Of a stretch of DNA of 26,079 nucleotides, positions 17,520-26,079 are shown in pieces. The DNA comes from a virus (Duplodnaviria > Heunggongvirae > Uroviricota > Caudoviricetes). Position numbers and translations under genes: made by a program. The notes below the pieces were generated by a model. The model did no database searches. It was given only the letters and a program-made list of their open reading frames with translations, and was not told the DNA's origin. The stretch is taken from IMG/VR virus record IMGVR_UViG_2698536454_000020, positions 1 through 26,079 of that record; one strand, 5' to 3'. Each line of letters starts with the position of its first letter. The stretch's first letter is position 1.

Positions 17520-17945
17520 ATGAAGAAATTATCCCTTTCACTGATGCTGAACGTGTCGCTGGCGCTGATGCTGGCACTGTCCCTGATTTACCCGCAGAGC
17601 GTGGCCGTCAGTTTTGTCGCCACCTGGGCGATTCTGGCGACGGTTATCTGTGTGGTTGCCGGTGGTGTCGGCGTGTATGCCACGGAGTATGTGCTGGAAC
17701 GCTACGGGCGGGAGCTTCCGCCGGAATCGCTGGCCGTGAAGATTGTCACGTCGCTGTTTTTGCAGCCGGTGCCGTGGCGCAGACGGGCGGTGGCTCTGGT
17801 GGTGATGGTGGCGACGTTTATCTCGCTGGTCGCTGCCGGGTGGATTTTTACCGCGCTGATTTATCTCGTGGCGTCGGTGTTCTTCCGGCTGATACGTACG
17901 GCCTGCCGTCAGCGTTTTGAGGGGCGGGAACCATGTCAAAGCTGA
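17520..17945 (+). CDS. lysA: Lysis accessory membrane protein LysA-like, 141 aa
   Basis: 141-aa hydrophobic ORF following the endolysin; synteny with P2 lysA. Confidence 0.72.
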   Translation: MKKLSLSLMLNVSLALMLALSLIYPQSVAVSFVATWAILATVICVVAGGVGVYATEYVLERYGRELPPESLAVKIVTSLFLQPVPWRRRAVALVVMVATFISLVAAGWIFTALIYLVASVFFRLIRTACRQRFEGREPCQS

Positions 17946-18358
17946 TGATTGTGATGGTTGTGCTGTTATCGCTGGCGGTGGCGGGGCTGTTTCTGGTGAA
18001 GCATGAAAACGCCAGCCTGCGCGCCTCGCTGGACAGGGCGAACAACGTCGCCAGCGGGCAGCAGACGACCATCACCATGCTGCAAAATCAGCTTCATGTT
18101 GCCATCACCAGGGCAGACAAAAACGAGCTGGCGCAGGTGGCACTGCGTCAGGAACTGGAGAACGCCGCGAAGCGTGAAGCACAGCGCGAGAAAACCATCA
18201 CGAGGTTACTTAATGAAAACGAAGATTTTCGCCGCTGGTACGGTGCTGACCTGCCTGATGCTGTGCGCCGGTTGCACCAGCGCCCCGCCTGCACTGACGC
18301 CAGTGATTGTCCCCAACGCCTGCCCGAAAGTGAGCCTTTGCCCGATGCCGGGCAGTGA
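17933..18358 (+). CDS. lysB: LysB-like inner-membrane spanin (Rz-like), 141 aa
   Basis: N-terminal TM segment then coiled-coil-like region; synteny with P2 lysB. Confidence 0.72.
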   Translation: MSKLMIVMVVLLSLAVAGLFLVKHENASLRASLDRANNVASGQQTTITMLQNQLHVAITRADKNELAQVALRQELENAAKREAQREKTITRLLNENEDFRRWYGADLPDAVRRLHQRPACTDASDCPQRLPESEPLPDAGQ

Positions 18359-18503
18359 CCCGGAGACGAACGGCGATTTAAGTGCCGATATCCGGCAGCT
18401 TGAGAACGCGCTGGCACGCTGTGCCAGCCAGGTAAAAATGATTAAACACTGTCAGGACGAAAACGATGCTCAAACCCGACAGCCTGCGCAGGGCGCTGAC
18501 TGA
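18213..18503 (+). CDS. lysC: LysC-like outer-membrane lipoprotein spanin (Rz1-like), 96 aa, embedded out of frame in lysB
   Basis: ATG at 18213 inside ORF 18003..18503; MKTKIFAAGTVLTCLMLCAGC has a lipoprotein signal with lipobox; proline-rich mature part. Confidence 0.7.
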   Translation: MKTKIFAAGTVLTCLMLCAGCTSAPPALTPVIVPNACPKVSLCPMPGSDPETNGDLSADIRQLENALARCASQVKMIKHCQDENDAQTRQPAQGAD

Positions 18504-18933
18504 TGCCGTCACGGTGCTGAAAACTAACCCCGAGATGCTGCGGATATTCGTGGATAACGGGAGTATTGCCTCCACACTGGCGACGTCGCTGTCATTCGAA
18601 AAGCGTTACACGCTCAATGTGATTGTGACCGACTTTACCGGTGATTTTGACCTGCTCATTGTGCCGGTGCTGGCGTGGCTGCGGGAGAATCAGCCCGACA
18701 TCATGACCACCGACGCAGGCCAGAAAAAGGGCTTCACGTTTTATGCAGACATCAACAATGACAGCAGCTTTGATATCAGCATCAGCCTGATGCTGACCGA
18801 GCGCACGCTGGTCAGTGAGGTGGACGGCGCACTGCATGTGAAGAATATCCCGGAACCCACGCCGCCGGAGCCGGTCACCCGCCCGGTGGAGCTTTATATC
18901 AATGGCGAACTGGTGAGCAAGTGGGATGAATGA
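18466..18933 (+). CDS. R: Tail completion protein R-like, 155 aa
   Basis: 155-aa ORF, same length as P2 gpR; synteny. Confidence 0.8.
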   Translation: MLKPDSLRRALTDAVTVLKTNPEMLRIFVDNGSIASTLATSLSFEKRYTLNVIVTDFTGDFDLLIVPVLAWLRENQPDIMTTDAGQKKGFTFYADINNDSSFDISISLMLTERTLVSEVDGALHVKNIPEPTPPEPVTRPVELYINGELVSKWDE

Positions 18934-19378
18934 GTTTAAGCGTTTTGAAGACCGGCTGACCGGACTGATTGAATCGCTGTCACCGTCAGGGCGTCGGCGA
19001 CTGAGTGCCGAACTGGCGAAGCGCCTGCGGCAGAGTCAGCAGCGTCGGGTGATGGCACAGAAAGCCCCGGACGGCACACCCTACGTGCCACGCCAGCAGC
19101 AGAGCGCCAGAAAAAAGACTGGTCGTGTTAAGCGAAAAATGTTTGCGAAACTTATCACCAGTCGTTTTTTGCATATCCGCGCCAGCCCGGAACAGGCATC
19201 AATGGAGTTTTACGGCGGGAAGTCACCGAAAATCGCCAGTGTGCATCAGTTCGGTCTGTCGGAAGAAAACCGGAAAGACGGTAAGAAAATTGATTATCCG
19301 GCGCGTCCTCTGCTCGGCTTTACCGGTGAGGATGTGCAGATGATTGAAGAGATTATTCTGGCGCACCTCGACCGTTAG
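18926..19378 (+). CDS. S: Tail completion protein S-like, 150 aa
   Basis: 150-aa ORF, same length as P2 gpS; overlaps the R stop. Confidence 0.8.
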   Translation: MNEFKRFEDRLTGLIESLSPSGRRRLSAELAKRLRQSQQRRVMAQKAPDGTPYVPRQQQSARKKTGRVKRKMFAKLITSRFLHIRASPEQASMEFYGGKSPKIASVHQFGLSEENRKDGKKIDYPARPLLGFTGEDVQMIEEIILAHLDR

Positions 19379-19444
19379 TTGTGCCATTCCCGACACCTCA
19401 TCGTCACATTGCCGCCGGTATGACCCGGCGGCATCCTTCCCGTT

Positions 19445-20080
19445 ATGAACACTCTCGCAAATATTCAGGAACTCGCGCGCGCACTGCGCAACATGATCCG
19501 CACCGGCATTATCGTCGAAACCGACCTTAACGCCGGTCGCTGCCGTGTGCAGACTGGCGGCATGTGCACCGACTGGCTTCAGTGGCTGACCCATCGTGCC
19601 GGGCGTTCGCGCACATGGTGGGCACCTTCCGTGGGGGAACAGGTGCTGATTCTGGCCGTGGGCGGTGAACTTGACACGGCGTTTGTTCTGCCGGGGATTT
19701 ATTCCGGCGATAACCCCGCGCCGTCTGCGTCGGCGGATGCCCTGCATATCCGTTTCCCTGACGGGGCGGTGATTGAGTATGAACCCGAAACCAGTGCACT
19801 CACGGTAAGCGGAATTAAAACGGCCAGCGTGACGGCTTCTGATTCTGTTACTGCCACGGTGCCGGTGGTCATGGTGAAAGCATCAACCCGCATCACCCTG
19901 GACACACCGGAGGTGGTCTGCACCAACAGGCTGATTACCGGCACGCTGGAAGTGCAGAAGGGCGGGACGATGCGCGGCAACATTGAACACACCGGCGGTG
20001 AACTCTCATCAAACGGTAAGGTACTGCATACCCATAAACACCCCGGCGACAGCGGCGGCACAACCGGGAGTCCTCTATGA
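19445..20080 (+). CDS. V: Baseplate spike/hub protein V-like, 211 aa
   Basis: 211-aa ORF, same length as P2 gpV; starts a new operon after a 66-bp gap. Confidence 0.83.
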   Translation: MNTLANIQELARALRNMIRTGIIVETDLNAGRCRVQTGGMCTDWLQWLTHRAGRSRTWWAPSVGEQVLILAVGGELDTAFVLPGIYSGDNPAPSASADALHIRFPDGAVIEYEPETSALTVSGIKTASVTASDSVTATVPVVMVKASTRITLDTPEVVCTNRLITGTLEVQKGGTMRGNIEHTGGELSSNGKVLHTHKHPGDSGGTTGSPL

Positions 20081-20424
20081 CAGCGCGTTATCTCGGAATG
20101 AATCGCAGTGATGGCCTGACTGTCACTGACCTTGAGCATATCAGCCAGAGTATCGGCGATATCCTGCGCACACCGGTCGGCTCACGGGTGATGCGTCGTG
20201 ATTACGGCTCGTTGCTGGCGTCAATGATTGACCAGCCGCAGACCCCGGCGCTTGAGTTGCAGATTAAGGTCGCCTGTTACATGGCCGTGCTGAAATGGGA
20301 ACCCCGCGTCACCCTGTCATCCGTCACCACGGCGCGCAGTTTTGACGGGCGAATGACGGTCACGTTAACCGGTCAGCACAACGACACCGGCCAGCCACTT
20401 TCGTTAACCATCCCTGTGAGTTGA
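20077..20424 (+). CDS. W: Baseplate protein W-like, 115 aa
   Basis: 115-aa ORF; ATGA overlap with V; synteny. Confidence 0.83.
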   Translation: MTARYLGMNRSDGLTVTDLEHISQSIGDILRTPVGSRVMRRDYGSLLASMIDQPQTPALELQIKVACYMAVLKWEPRVTLSSVTTARSFDGRMTVTLTGQHNDTGQPLSLTIPVS

Positions 20425-20428
20425 AACC

Positions 20429-21337
20429 ATGCCGATTATCGACCTGAACCAGCTACCCGCACCGGATGTGGTCGAGGAGCTGGACTTTGAAACCATTCTT
20501 GCCGAACGCAAGGCGACACTGATTTCCCTTTACCCGGAAGACCAGCAGGAGGCGGTCGCCCGTACCCTGACGCTGGAATCCGAGCCTCTCGTCAAACTGC
20601 TGGAGGAAAATGCTTATCGTGAGCTTATCTGGCGTCAGCGTGTGAATGAGGCCGCACGGGCGGTGATGCTGGCTTGTGCCGCCGGTAATGACCTTGATGT
20701 GATTGGTGCCAATTTCAACACCACGCGCCTGATTATCACCCCGGCAGATGATTCGACTATCCCGCCGACACCGGCAGTGATGGAATCTGACACGGATTAT
20801 CGTCTGCGTATTCAGCAGGCGTTTGAGGGCTTAAGCGTCGCCGGGTCGGTGGGAGCCTATCAGTATCATGGTCGCAGTGCTGACGGGCGTGTCGCCGATA
20901 TCTCTGTCACCAGTCCGTCTCCGGCCTGCGTCACTATCTCCGTGCTGTCACGTGAAAATAACGGCGTCGCATCCGAAGACCTGCTGGCCGTGGTGCGTAA
21001 CGCCCTTAATGGCGAGGACGTCAGGCCGGTGGCCGACCGCGTGACCGTGCAGTCTGCCGCCATCGTTGAATACCAGATAAACGCCACGCTGTATCTTTAC
21101 CCTGGTCCCGAAAGCGAACCCATTCGCGCTGCCGCCGTGAAAAAACTGGAAGCGTATATCACGGCACAGCACCGGCTGGGGCGCGACATCCGTCTGTCTG
21201 CCATTTATGCCGCTTTGCATGTGGAAGGCGTGCAGCGTGTCGAACTGGCTGCACCGCTGGCCGACATCGTGCTCAACAGTACGCAGGCGTCTTTCTGTAC
21301 CGAATACCGCGTCGTGACCGGAGGCTCGGATGAGTGA
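20429..21337 (+). CDS. J: Baseplate protein J-like, 302 aa
   Basis: 302-aa ORF, same length as P2 gpJ; synteny. Confidence 0.85.
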   Translation: MPIIDLNQLPAPDVVEELDFETILAERKATLISLYPEDQQEAVARTLTLESEPLVKLLEENAYRELIWRQRVNEAARAVMLACAAGNDLDVIGANFNTTRLIITPADDSTIPPTPAVMESDTDYRLRIQQAFEGLSVAGSVGAYQYHGRSADGRVADISVTSPSPACVTISVLSRENNGVASEDLLAVVRNALNGEDVRPVADRVTVQSAAIVEYQINATLYLYPGPESEPIRAAAVKKLEAYITAQHRLGRDIRLSAIYAALHVEGVQRVELAAPLADIVLNSTQASFCTEYRVVTGGSDE

Positions 21338-21941
21338 TTCGCGACTGCTGCCGACCGGCTCATCGCCGCTTGAAGTCGCCGCCGCAAAAGCCTGTGCGGA
21401 AATTGAAAAAACGCCGGTCAGTATTCGTGAGCTGTGGAACCCGGATACCTGTCCGGCAAATCTGCTGCCGTGGCTGGCGTGGTCATTTTCGGTTGACCGC
21501 TGGGATGATAAGTGGCCGGAAGCGACAAAACGCGCTGTTATCCGCGATGCGTATTTCATTCACTGCCATAAGGGCACTATAGGCGCAATCCGGCGTGTGG
21601 TGGAGCCGCTCGGCTATCTGATTGAGGTGAGGGAGTGGTGGCAGCTCAACGAGGAGCCGGGGACGTTCCGCATCGTTGTTGGCGTGCTTGAGCAGGGTAT
21701 TACCGAGGAAATGTATCAGGAGCTGGAGCGCCTCGTTGCTGATGCAAAACCGGCAAGCCGCCATCTGACGGGACTGGCTATCAGTTTAAGTACAACCGGC
21801 AACATTTTTGCCGGTGCAGGATGCTATCACGGCGACGCCCTGACGGTTTATCCCTACACCCCGGAGGCCATTATTGTCGGAGGGGATTATTTCCCGGCCT
21901 CGGCCATTCATTTAATTGATAACCTGAGAGTAAACGCATGA
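21330..21941 (+). CDS. I: Baseplate/tail protein I-like, 203 aa
   Basis: ORF overlapping the J stop and the H start; synteny. Its 3' 234 bp lie inside the long inverted repeat. Confidence 0.78.
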   Translation: MSDSRLLPTGSSPLEVAAAKACAEIEKTPVSIRELWNPDTCPANLLPWLAWSFSVDRWDDKWPEATKRAVIRDAYFIHCHKGTIGAIRRVVEPLGYLIEVREWWQLNEEPGTFRIVVGVLEQGITEEMYQELERLVADAKPASRHLTGLAISLSTTGNIFAGAGCYHGDALTVYPYTPEAIIVGGDYFPASAIHLIDNLRVNA

Positions 21942-22783
21942 CAGTGAAATACTACGCCATTCTGACTAATCAGGGCGCAGCACGGCTGGCTAACGCGACG
22001 ATGCTCGGCAGTAAGCTGAATCTGACGCAAATGGCAGTTGGTGATGCGAATGGTGTCTTGCCGACACCAGACCCGGCACAGACAAAACTGATTAACCAGA
22101 AACGCATCGCGCCGCTGAATCTTCTGAGTGTTGACCCGAACAACCAGAGCCAGATTATTGCGGAGCAAATCATCCCTGAGAACGAGGGCGGATTCTGGAT
22201 CCGTGAGATTGGGCTTTATGATGATGAAGGCGTACTCATTGCGGTGGCGAACTGCCCGGAAACGTACAAACCGCAGTTGCAGGAAGGCAGTGGTCGTACC
22301 CAGACTATCCGCATGATTCTGGTTGTCACGAATACCGAAGCTATTACGCTGAAAATCGACCCGTCGGTGGTACTGGCGACCCGTAAATATGTGGATGATG
22401 AAGTCCTGGAATTAAGGCTGTATGTGGATGACCAGATGAGCAAACACATTGCCGCACAGGACCCTCATACCCAGTATGCACAGAAACATAATCCGACATT
22501 TACCGGAGAACCAAAAGCGCCGACGCCTGCCGCAGGAAATAACACCACGCGGATTGCGACCACTGCGTTTGTACAGGCCGCTATTACCGCTCTGATTAAC
22601 GGTGCGCCTGACACGCTGGACACACTGAAAGAAATTGCCGCGGCCATTAACAATGACCCGAAATTCAGCACCACCATTAACAATGCGCTGGCAGGTAAAC
22701 AACCGCTGGACAATACGCTGACTCATTTGAGCGGAAAGGATGTTGCCGGTCTTCTCGCATACCTTGGTTTGGGAGAAGGTGCT
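21708..22783. repeat. Left arm of a 1076-bp near-perfect inverted repeat (3' end of I, constant part of H, site 1)
   Basis: Reverse-complement identity with 24492..25567 (coordinates sum to 47275); confirmed by identical ORFs on opposite strands (22412..22726 - and 24549..24863 +; 21908..22168 - and 25107..25367 +). Confidence 0.85.
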
Positions 22784-23221
22784 CCAGCTATTGGCGTTCC
22801 GTTCTTCTGGCCGTCCGCTGCAATGCCAAATACTGTAATCGACAGCTGGTCCAGTATGGTGTTTTTGAAGTTCAACGGCGCGAAATTCTCTGCCACTGAT
22901 TATCCTGTGCTGGCGAAAGTATTTCCTTCGCTGGTATTACCTGAAGCCCGCGGTGATTTCATTCGTATCTGGGATGACGGGCGAGGTACAGACGGTGGTC
23001 GCGAATTATTAAGCTGGCAGGCAGCTACAAACTTTTCTCAGTTTGCCGGGAATATAGGCGGAGGTGCGGGACACGCAATTAACTTTCATGATGGCATCGC
23101 CGGAAATCAGCCAGGATTTTCACGATTTAATTTAACCAGTAACTCTGTGGGTGATGGTGTGAATTTTGTTGCTGTCAGACCGCGAAATATTGCATTTAAC
23201 TTTCTGGTGAGGGCTAAATAA
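21938..23221 (+). CDS. H: Tail fibre protein H-like, 427 aa: constant N-terminal part (to about 22765) plus variable C-terminal cassette Hv1
   Basis: ORF track; N-terminal domain typical of P2/Mu-type tail fibres; a hix/gix-like crossover site lies in frame at 22752..22777. Confidence 0.82.
   Translation: MTVKYYAILTNQGAARLANATMLGSKLNLTQMAVGDANGVLPTPDPAQTKLINQKRIAPLNLLSVDPNNQSQIIAEQIIPENEGGFWIREIGLYDDEGVLIAVANCPETYKPQLQEGSGRTQTIRMILVVTNTEAITLKIDPSVVLATRKYVDDEVLELRLYVDDQMSKHIAAQDPHTQYAQKHNPTFTGEPKAPTPAAGNNTTRIATTAFVQAAITALINGAPDTLDTLKEIAAAINNDPKFSTTINNALAGKQPLDNTLTHLSGKDVAGLLAYLGLGEGAPAIGVPFFWPSAAMPNTVIDSWSSMVFLKFNGAKFSATDYPVLAKVFPSLVLPEARGDFIRIWDDGRGTDGGRELLSWQAATNFSQFAGNIGGGAGHAINFHDGIAGNQPGFSRFNLTSNSVGDGVNFVAVRPRNIAFNFLVRAK
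22752..22777 (+). other. hix/gix-like 26-bp recombination site 1 (TTCTCGCATACCTTGGTTTGGGAGAA) inside H
   Basis: Imperfect palindrome around a central TT; resembles remembered hixL TTCTTGAAAACCAAGGTTTTTGATAA and gixR; sits exactly at the constant/variable boundary of H. Confidence 0.6.
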
Positions 23222-23814
23222 TGAAACCTGTTTTTGATGAAAATGGGCTGGCTACAGTGCCGGGCGATATGCGTTGTTTTTATTATGATGCTGAAACATC
23301 TGAGTATACGGGCTGGTCTGATGAATATATTAATACTGGCGTAAGTATGCCCGCCTGTTCCACTGGTATTGACCCGGGCGAAAACATTCCGGGGAAAGTG
23401 GCAGTATTTACGGGTAAGGAATGGAGCTATGAAGAAGACCATCGCAATGAGACTGTTTACTCAACAGAAAATGGCGCAGCTGTTACAGTGGATTATATCG
23501 GTGCCATCAAAAACGGTTATGTCACGCTTTCACCGTTAACGCCATATGATAAATGGGATGGTGAGAAATGGGTGACAGATACTGAGGCACAGCATAACGC
23601 CGCAGTAGAAGCAGCAGAAGCACAGCGCCAGTCACTGATTGATGCAGCAATGGCTTCCATTAGTCTGATTCAGCTGAAATTACAGGCCGGACGGAAACTG
23701 ACTCAGGCAGAAACAACCCGACTTAACGCCGTGCTGGATTACATTGACGCGGTGACGGCAACAGATACCAGCACCGCGCCGGATGTCATCTGGCCTGAAC
23801 TGCCGGAGGCGTAG
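23221..23814 (+). CDS. G: Tail fibre assembly protein (Tfa/gpG/Mu-U family), 197 aa
   Basis: Immediately follows H; C-terminal ...[13 protein letters not shown] motif typical of tail-fibre assembly chaperones. Confidence 0.78.
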   Translation: MKPVFDENGLATVPGDMRCFYYDAETSEYTGWSDEYINTGVSMPACSTGIDPGENIPGKVAVFTGKEWSYEEDHRNETVYSTENGAAVTVDYIGAIKNGYVTLSPLTPYDKWDGEKWVTDTEAQHNAAVEAAEAQRQSLIDAAMASISLIQLKLQAGRKLTQAETTRLNAVLDYIDAVTATDTSTAPDVIWPELPEA

Positions 23815-24214
23815 GCCATTCAATATCGGGTGCTGTTGAAGTATCAACACGCATCAGCAGCACACGGTATTTCTTCCATTCGGTGAGAGTTGAAGTTTCT
23901 TCATCAGTTGCGATATCAGCATCAACAGCATCCTGACGCCAGGATATTTCACTGTCAGCTTTTTCCCGTAATTGGGATTTTTTAACTTCAGTAATAGCTA
24001 TTAATTCCTTTTTGGTCGGCTGAGGAATATCTATCAGTGCTGGTTTTCCATTCAGTGTTCCAATCTGTTTTCCTGGTGGAATATCCATAAATAACTTTTT
24101 ATGTTCTTCCTCACTGACTATTACACCATCATCAGGCCACAGACCTGATGCCTCAAATTTTTCTTTCTCCGATATGGGGAAAAAGCCATTTGCTTTAGCG
24201 CTCCATACGTACAT
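23786..24214 (-). CDS. Second, convergent tail fibre assembly protein (alternative Tfa), 142 aa
   Basis: Minus-strand ORF; C-terminus ...[20 protein letters not shown] shares the Tfa motif; 3' ends of the two tfa genes overlap at 23786..23814. Confidence 0.72.
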   Translation of the reverse strand: MYVWSAKANGFFPISEKEKFEASGLWPDDGVIVSEEEHKKLFMDIPPGKQIGTLNGKPALIDIPQPTKKELIAITEVKKSQLREKADSEISWRQDAVDADIATDEETSTLTEWKKYRVLLMRVDTSTAPDIEWPTPPAVQAR

Positions 24215-24511
24215 ATCAATACCCCACCGCTATAATGTCCACATTAAATCCCCCGGGACCTGCCTGCCAGATGCTGGCCCCTGTTAATGATTTTGTTTGA
24301 TGAACAACCGCCACATTTGCTGGCGATTGTGTTTCAGTTGTTACAGTACCGATATCATTCCAGTTAATTGAGATGGAATAGTTCGTTGTTGTAAACGACC
24401 GTGGGAAAGTTATGTGTCTTACATTGGTGCCAACAGGAAATCCAAGATAAACACGCTGAATTATCATTCCTCCAGGTAACATAACCCAGTTAGCACCTTC
24501 TCCAAAACCAA
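24122..24511. repeat. First copy of a 390-bp direct repeat (5' end of the minus-strand tfa gene, Hv2 cassette, half of the crossover site)
   Basis: Identical to 25569..25958 (offset 1447 bp); the copies diverge at the centre of the crossover sites. Confidence 0.85.
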
Positions 24512-25337
24512 GGTATGCGAGAAGACCGGCAACATCCTTTCCGCTCAAATGAGTCAGCGTATTGTCCAGCGGTTGTTTACCTGCCAGCGCATTGTTAATG
24601 GTGGTGCTGAATTTCGGGTCATTGTTAATGGCCGCGGCAATTTCTTTCAGTGTGTCCAGCGTGTCAGGCGCACCGTTAATCAGAGCGGTAATAGCGGCCT
24701 GTACAAACGCAGTGGTCGCAATCCGCGTGGTGTTATTTCCTGCGGCAGGCGTCGGCGCTTTTGGTTCTCCGGTAAATGTCGGATTATGTTTCTGTGCATA
24801 CTGGGTATGAGGGTCCTGTGCGGCAATGTGTTTGCTCATCTGGTCATCCACATACAGCCTTAATTCCAGGACTTCATCATCCACATATTTACGGGTCGCC
24901 AGTACCACCGACGGGTCGATTTTCAGCGTAATAGCTTCGGTATTCGTGACAACCAGAATCATGCGGATAGTCTGGGTACGACCACTGCCTTCCTGCAACT
25001 GCGGTTTGTACGTTTCCGGGCAGTTCGCCACCGCAATGAGTACGCCTTCATCATCATAAAGCCCAATCTCACGGATCCAGAATCCGCCCTCGTTCTCAGG
25101 GATGATTTGCTCCGCAATAATCTGGCTCTGGTTGTTCGGGTCAACACTCAGAAGATTCAGCGGCGCGATGCGTTTCTGGTTAATCAGTTTTGTCTGTGCC
25201 GGGTCTGGTGTCGGCAAGACACCATTCGCATCACCAACTGCCATTTGCGTCAGATTCAGCTTACTGCCGAGCATCGTCGCGTTAGCCAGCCGTGCTGCGC
25301 CCTGATTAGTCAGAATGGCGTAGTATTTCACTGTCAT
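24216..25337 (-). CDS. Alternative tail fibre gene (inverted copy of the H constant part fused to variable cassette Hv2), 373 aa
   Basis: Minus-strand ORF; the first 27x residues are identical to H, diverging right after the crossover site; the nucleotide sequence is the reverse complement of 21938..22783. Confidence 0.65.
   Translation of the reverse strand: MTVKYYAILTNQGAARLANATMLGSKLNLTQMAVGDANGVLPTPDPAQTKLINQKRIAPLNLLSVDPNNQSQIIAEQIIPENEGGFWIREIGLYDDEGVLIAVANCPETYKPQLQEGSGRTQTIRMILVVTNTEAITLKIDPSVVLATRKYVDDEVLELRLYVDDQMSKHIAAQDPHTQYAQKHNPTFTGEPKAPTPAAGNNTTRIATTAFVQAAITALINGAPDTLDTLKEIAAAINNDPKFSTTINNALAGKQPLDNTLTHLSGKDVAGLLAYLGFGEGANWVMLPGGMIIQRVYLGFPVGTNVRHITFPRSFTTTNYSISINWNDIGTVTTETQSPANVAVVHQTKSLTGASIWQAGPGGFNVDIIAVGY
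24498..24523 (+). other. hix/gix-like recombination site 2 (TTCTCCAAAACCAAGGTATGCGAGAA), inverted relative to site 1
   Basis: Reverse complement of site 1 with one mismatch; lies at the Hv2/constant boundary. Confidence 0.6.
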
Positions 25338-25567
25338 GCGTTTACTCTCAGGTTATCAATTAAATGAATGGCCGAGGCCGGGAAATAATCCCCTCCGACA
25401 ATAATGGCCTCCGGGGTGTAGGGATAAACCGTCAGGGCGTCGCCGTGATAGCATCCTGCACCGGCAAAAATGTTGCCGGTTGTACTTAAACTGATAGCCA
25501 GTCCCGTCAGATGGCGGCTTGCCGGTTTTGCATCAGCAACGAGGCGCTCCAGCTCCTGATACATTTC
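25338..25567 (-). pseudogene. Inverted, 5'-truncated duplicate of the 3' end of gene I (last ~76 codons)
   Basis: C-terminus of minus ORF 25334..25666 is identical to the I C-terminus (MYQELERLVADAK...LRVNA); no corresponding 5' part. Confidence 0.6.
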
Positions 25568-25568
25568 A

Positions 25569-25958
25569 TACACCATCATCAGGCCACAGACCTGATGCCT
25601 CAAATTTTTCTTTCTCCGATATGGGGAAAAAGCCATTTGCTTTAGCGCTCCATACGTACATATCAATACCCCACCGCTATAATGTCCACATTAAATCCCC
25701 CGGGACCTGCCTGCCAGATGCTGGCCCCTGTTAATGATTTTGTTTGATGAACAACCGCCACATTTGCTGGCGATTGTGTTTCAGTTGTTACAGTACCGAT
25801 ATCATTCCAGTTAATTGAGATGGAATAGTTCGTTGTTGTAAACGACCGTGGGAAAGTTATGTGTCTTACATTGGTGCCAACAGGAAATCCAAGATAAACA
25901 CGCTGAATTATCATTCCTCCAGGTAACATAACCCAGTTAGCACCTTCTCCAAAACCAA
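25569..25958. repeat. Second copy of the 390-bp direct repeat
   Basis: See first copy; begins abruptly after the inverted I fragment (junction at 25568). Confidence 0.85.
25663..25944 (-). other. Duplicate Hv2 variable tail-fibre cassette (promoterless, no constant N-terminal part attached)
   Basis: C-terminal 94 aa of minus ORF 25663..26064 are identical to the Hv2 C-terminus; upstream of it (beyond site 3) the reading frame is unrelated to H. Confidence 0.6.
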
Positions 25959-25970
25959 CGTTTATGAAAA
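25945..25970 (+). other. hix/gix-like recombination site 3 (TTCTCCAAAACCAACGTTTATGAAAA), outer boundary of the invertible region
   Basis: Left half identical to site 2, right half divergent but still matching the hix consensus (..AAACC NN GGTTT../..CGTTTATGAAAA); the flanking sequence to the right is not tail-fibre sequence, as for gixR next to gin in Mu. Confidence 0.55.
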
Positions 25971-26079
25971 TGCAGAGATAAGTAAGCGTCGTCTCAGCAC
26001 CGTCTGGCAGATCCTGAAATTCCTGAGAGAATAGTGGACACCAAATATGGTGGACGCTATCCATGAAATCATTAACCGC

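Larger units (their letters stand above)
24492..25567. repeat. Right arm of the 1076-bp inverted repeat
   Basis: See left arm; one mismatch inside the crossover site (22771 vs 24504). Confidence 0.85.

Noticed and set aside
17348-17939. 190-aa (+) and 133-aa (-) ORFs overlapping K and lysA
   Set aside because: Alternative-frame and antisense artefacts over a syntenic lysis cassette; translations are Arg/His/Gly-rich without structure.
20948-21559. 203-aa ORF antisense to J/I
   Set aside because: Overlaps baseplate genes with strong synteny support; no independent signals.
25334-25666. 110-aa minus-strand ORF as an intact gene
   Set aside because: Chimeric: the C-terminal 76 aa duplicate the end of gene I, while the N-terminal 34 aa come from an alternative frame of the duplicated tfa 5' region across the 25568 junction.
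25663-26064. 133-aa minus-strand ORF beginning MDSVHH... as an independent gene
   Set aside because: Its C-terminal 94 aa are the duplicated Hv2 cassette; the N-terminal part is read-through from sequence beyond crossover site 3 with no tail-fibre constant domain, so it is more likely a silent cassette than an expressed gene. The frame remains open to the window edge, so this cannot be fully excluded.
25971-26079. Start of a DNA invertase (gin/cin/pin/hin-like) gene at the window end
   Set aside because: Searched both strands by eye for a serine-recombinase N-terminus (MLIGYVRVST-like) or C-terminal HTH and found none; the invertase is presumably beyond the window.
1-26079. CRISPR arrays, tRNA or rRNA genes
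   Set aside because: No regularly spaced short direct repeats and no cloverleaf-like or rRNA-like segments were seen; the only repeats are the long tail-fibre duplications.

Overview
This window is most of a P2-family temperate phage (prophage) of an enterobacterium, read from the integrase end. Every call rests on reading the supplied ORF translations and the DNA by eye and on remembered P2 proteins; no search was run. Layout: integrase (1..981, -), C repressor and Cox around an operator region, replication genes B and A, then a ~4.1 kb AT-rich accessory island (5779..9917) in the slot where P2 carries orf91/tin/old, then a cos-like site, portal Q and terminase P (-), and the syntenic late genes O N M L X Y K lysA lysB lysC R S V W J I H G. 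The island is the best candidate for an undescribed system: a two-gene membrane-protein operon, a 315-aa protein with an N-terminal TIR-like domain, a small lipoprotein gene broken by a homopolymer frameshift, and a 305-aa membrane-anchored protein. The window ends in a tail-fibre inversion region with three hix/gix-like crossover sites and convergent H-variable/tail-fibre-assembly cassettes; the invertase is not in the window. That region also holds a 1.06 kb inverted duplication and a 390 bp direct duplication with an abrupt junction at 25568, which is either a real rearrangement or an assembly chimera. No rRNA, tRNA or CRISPR array was seen.
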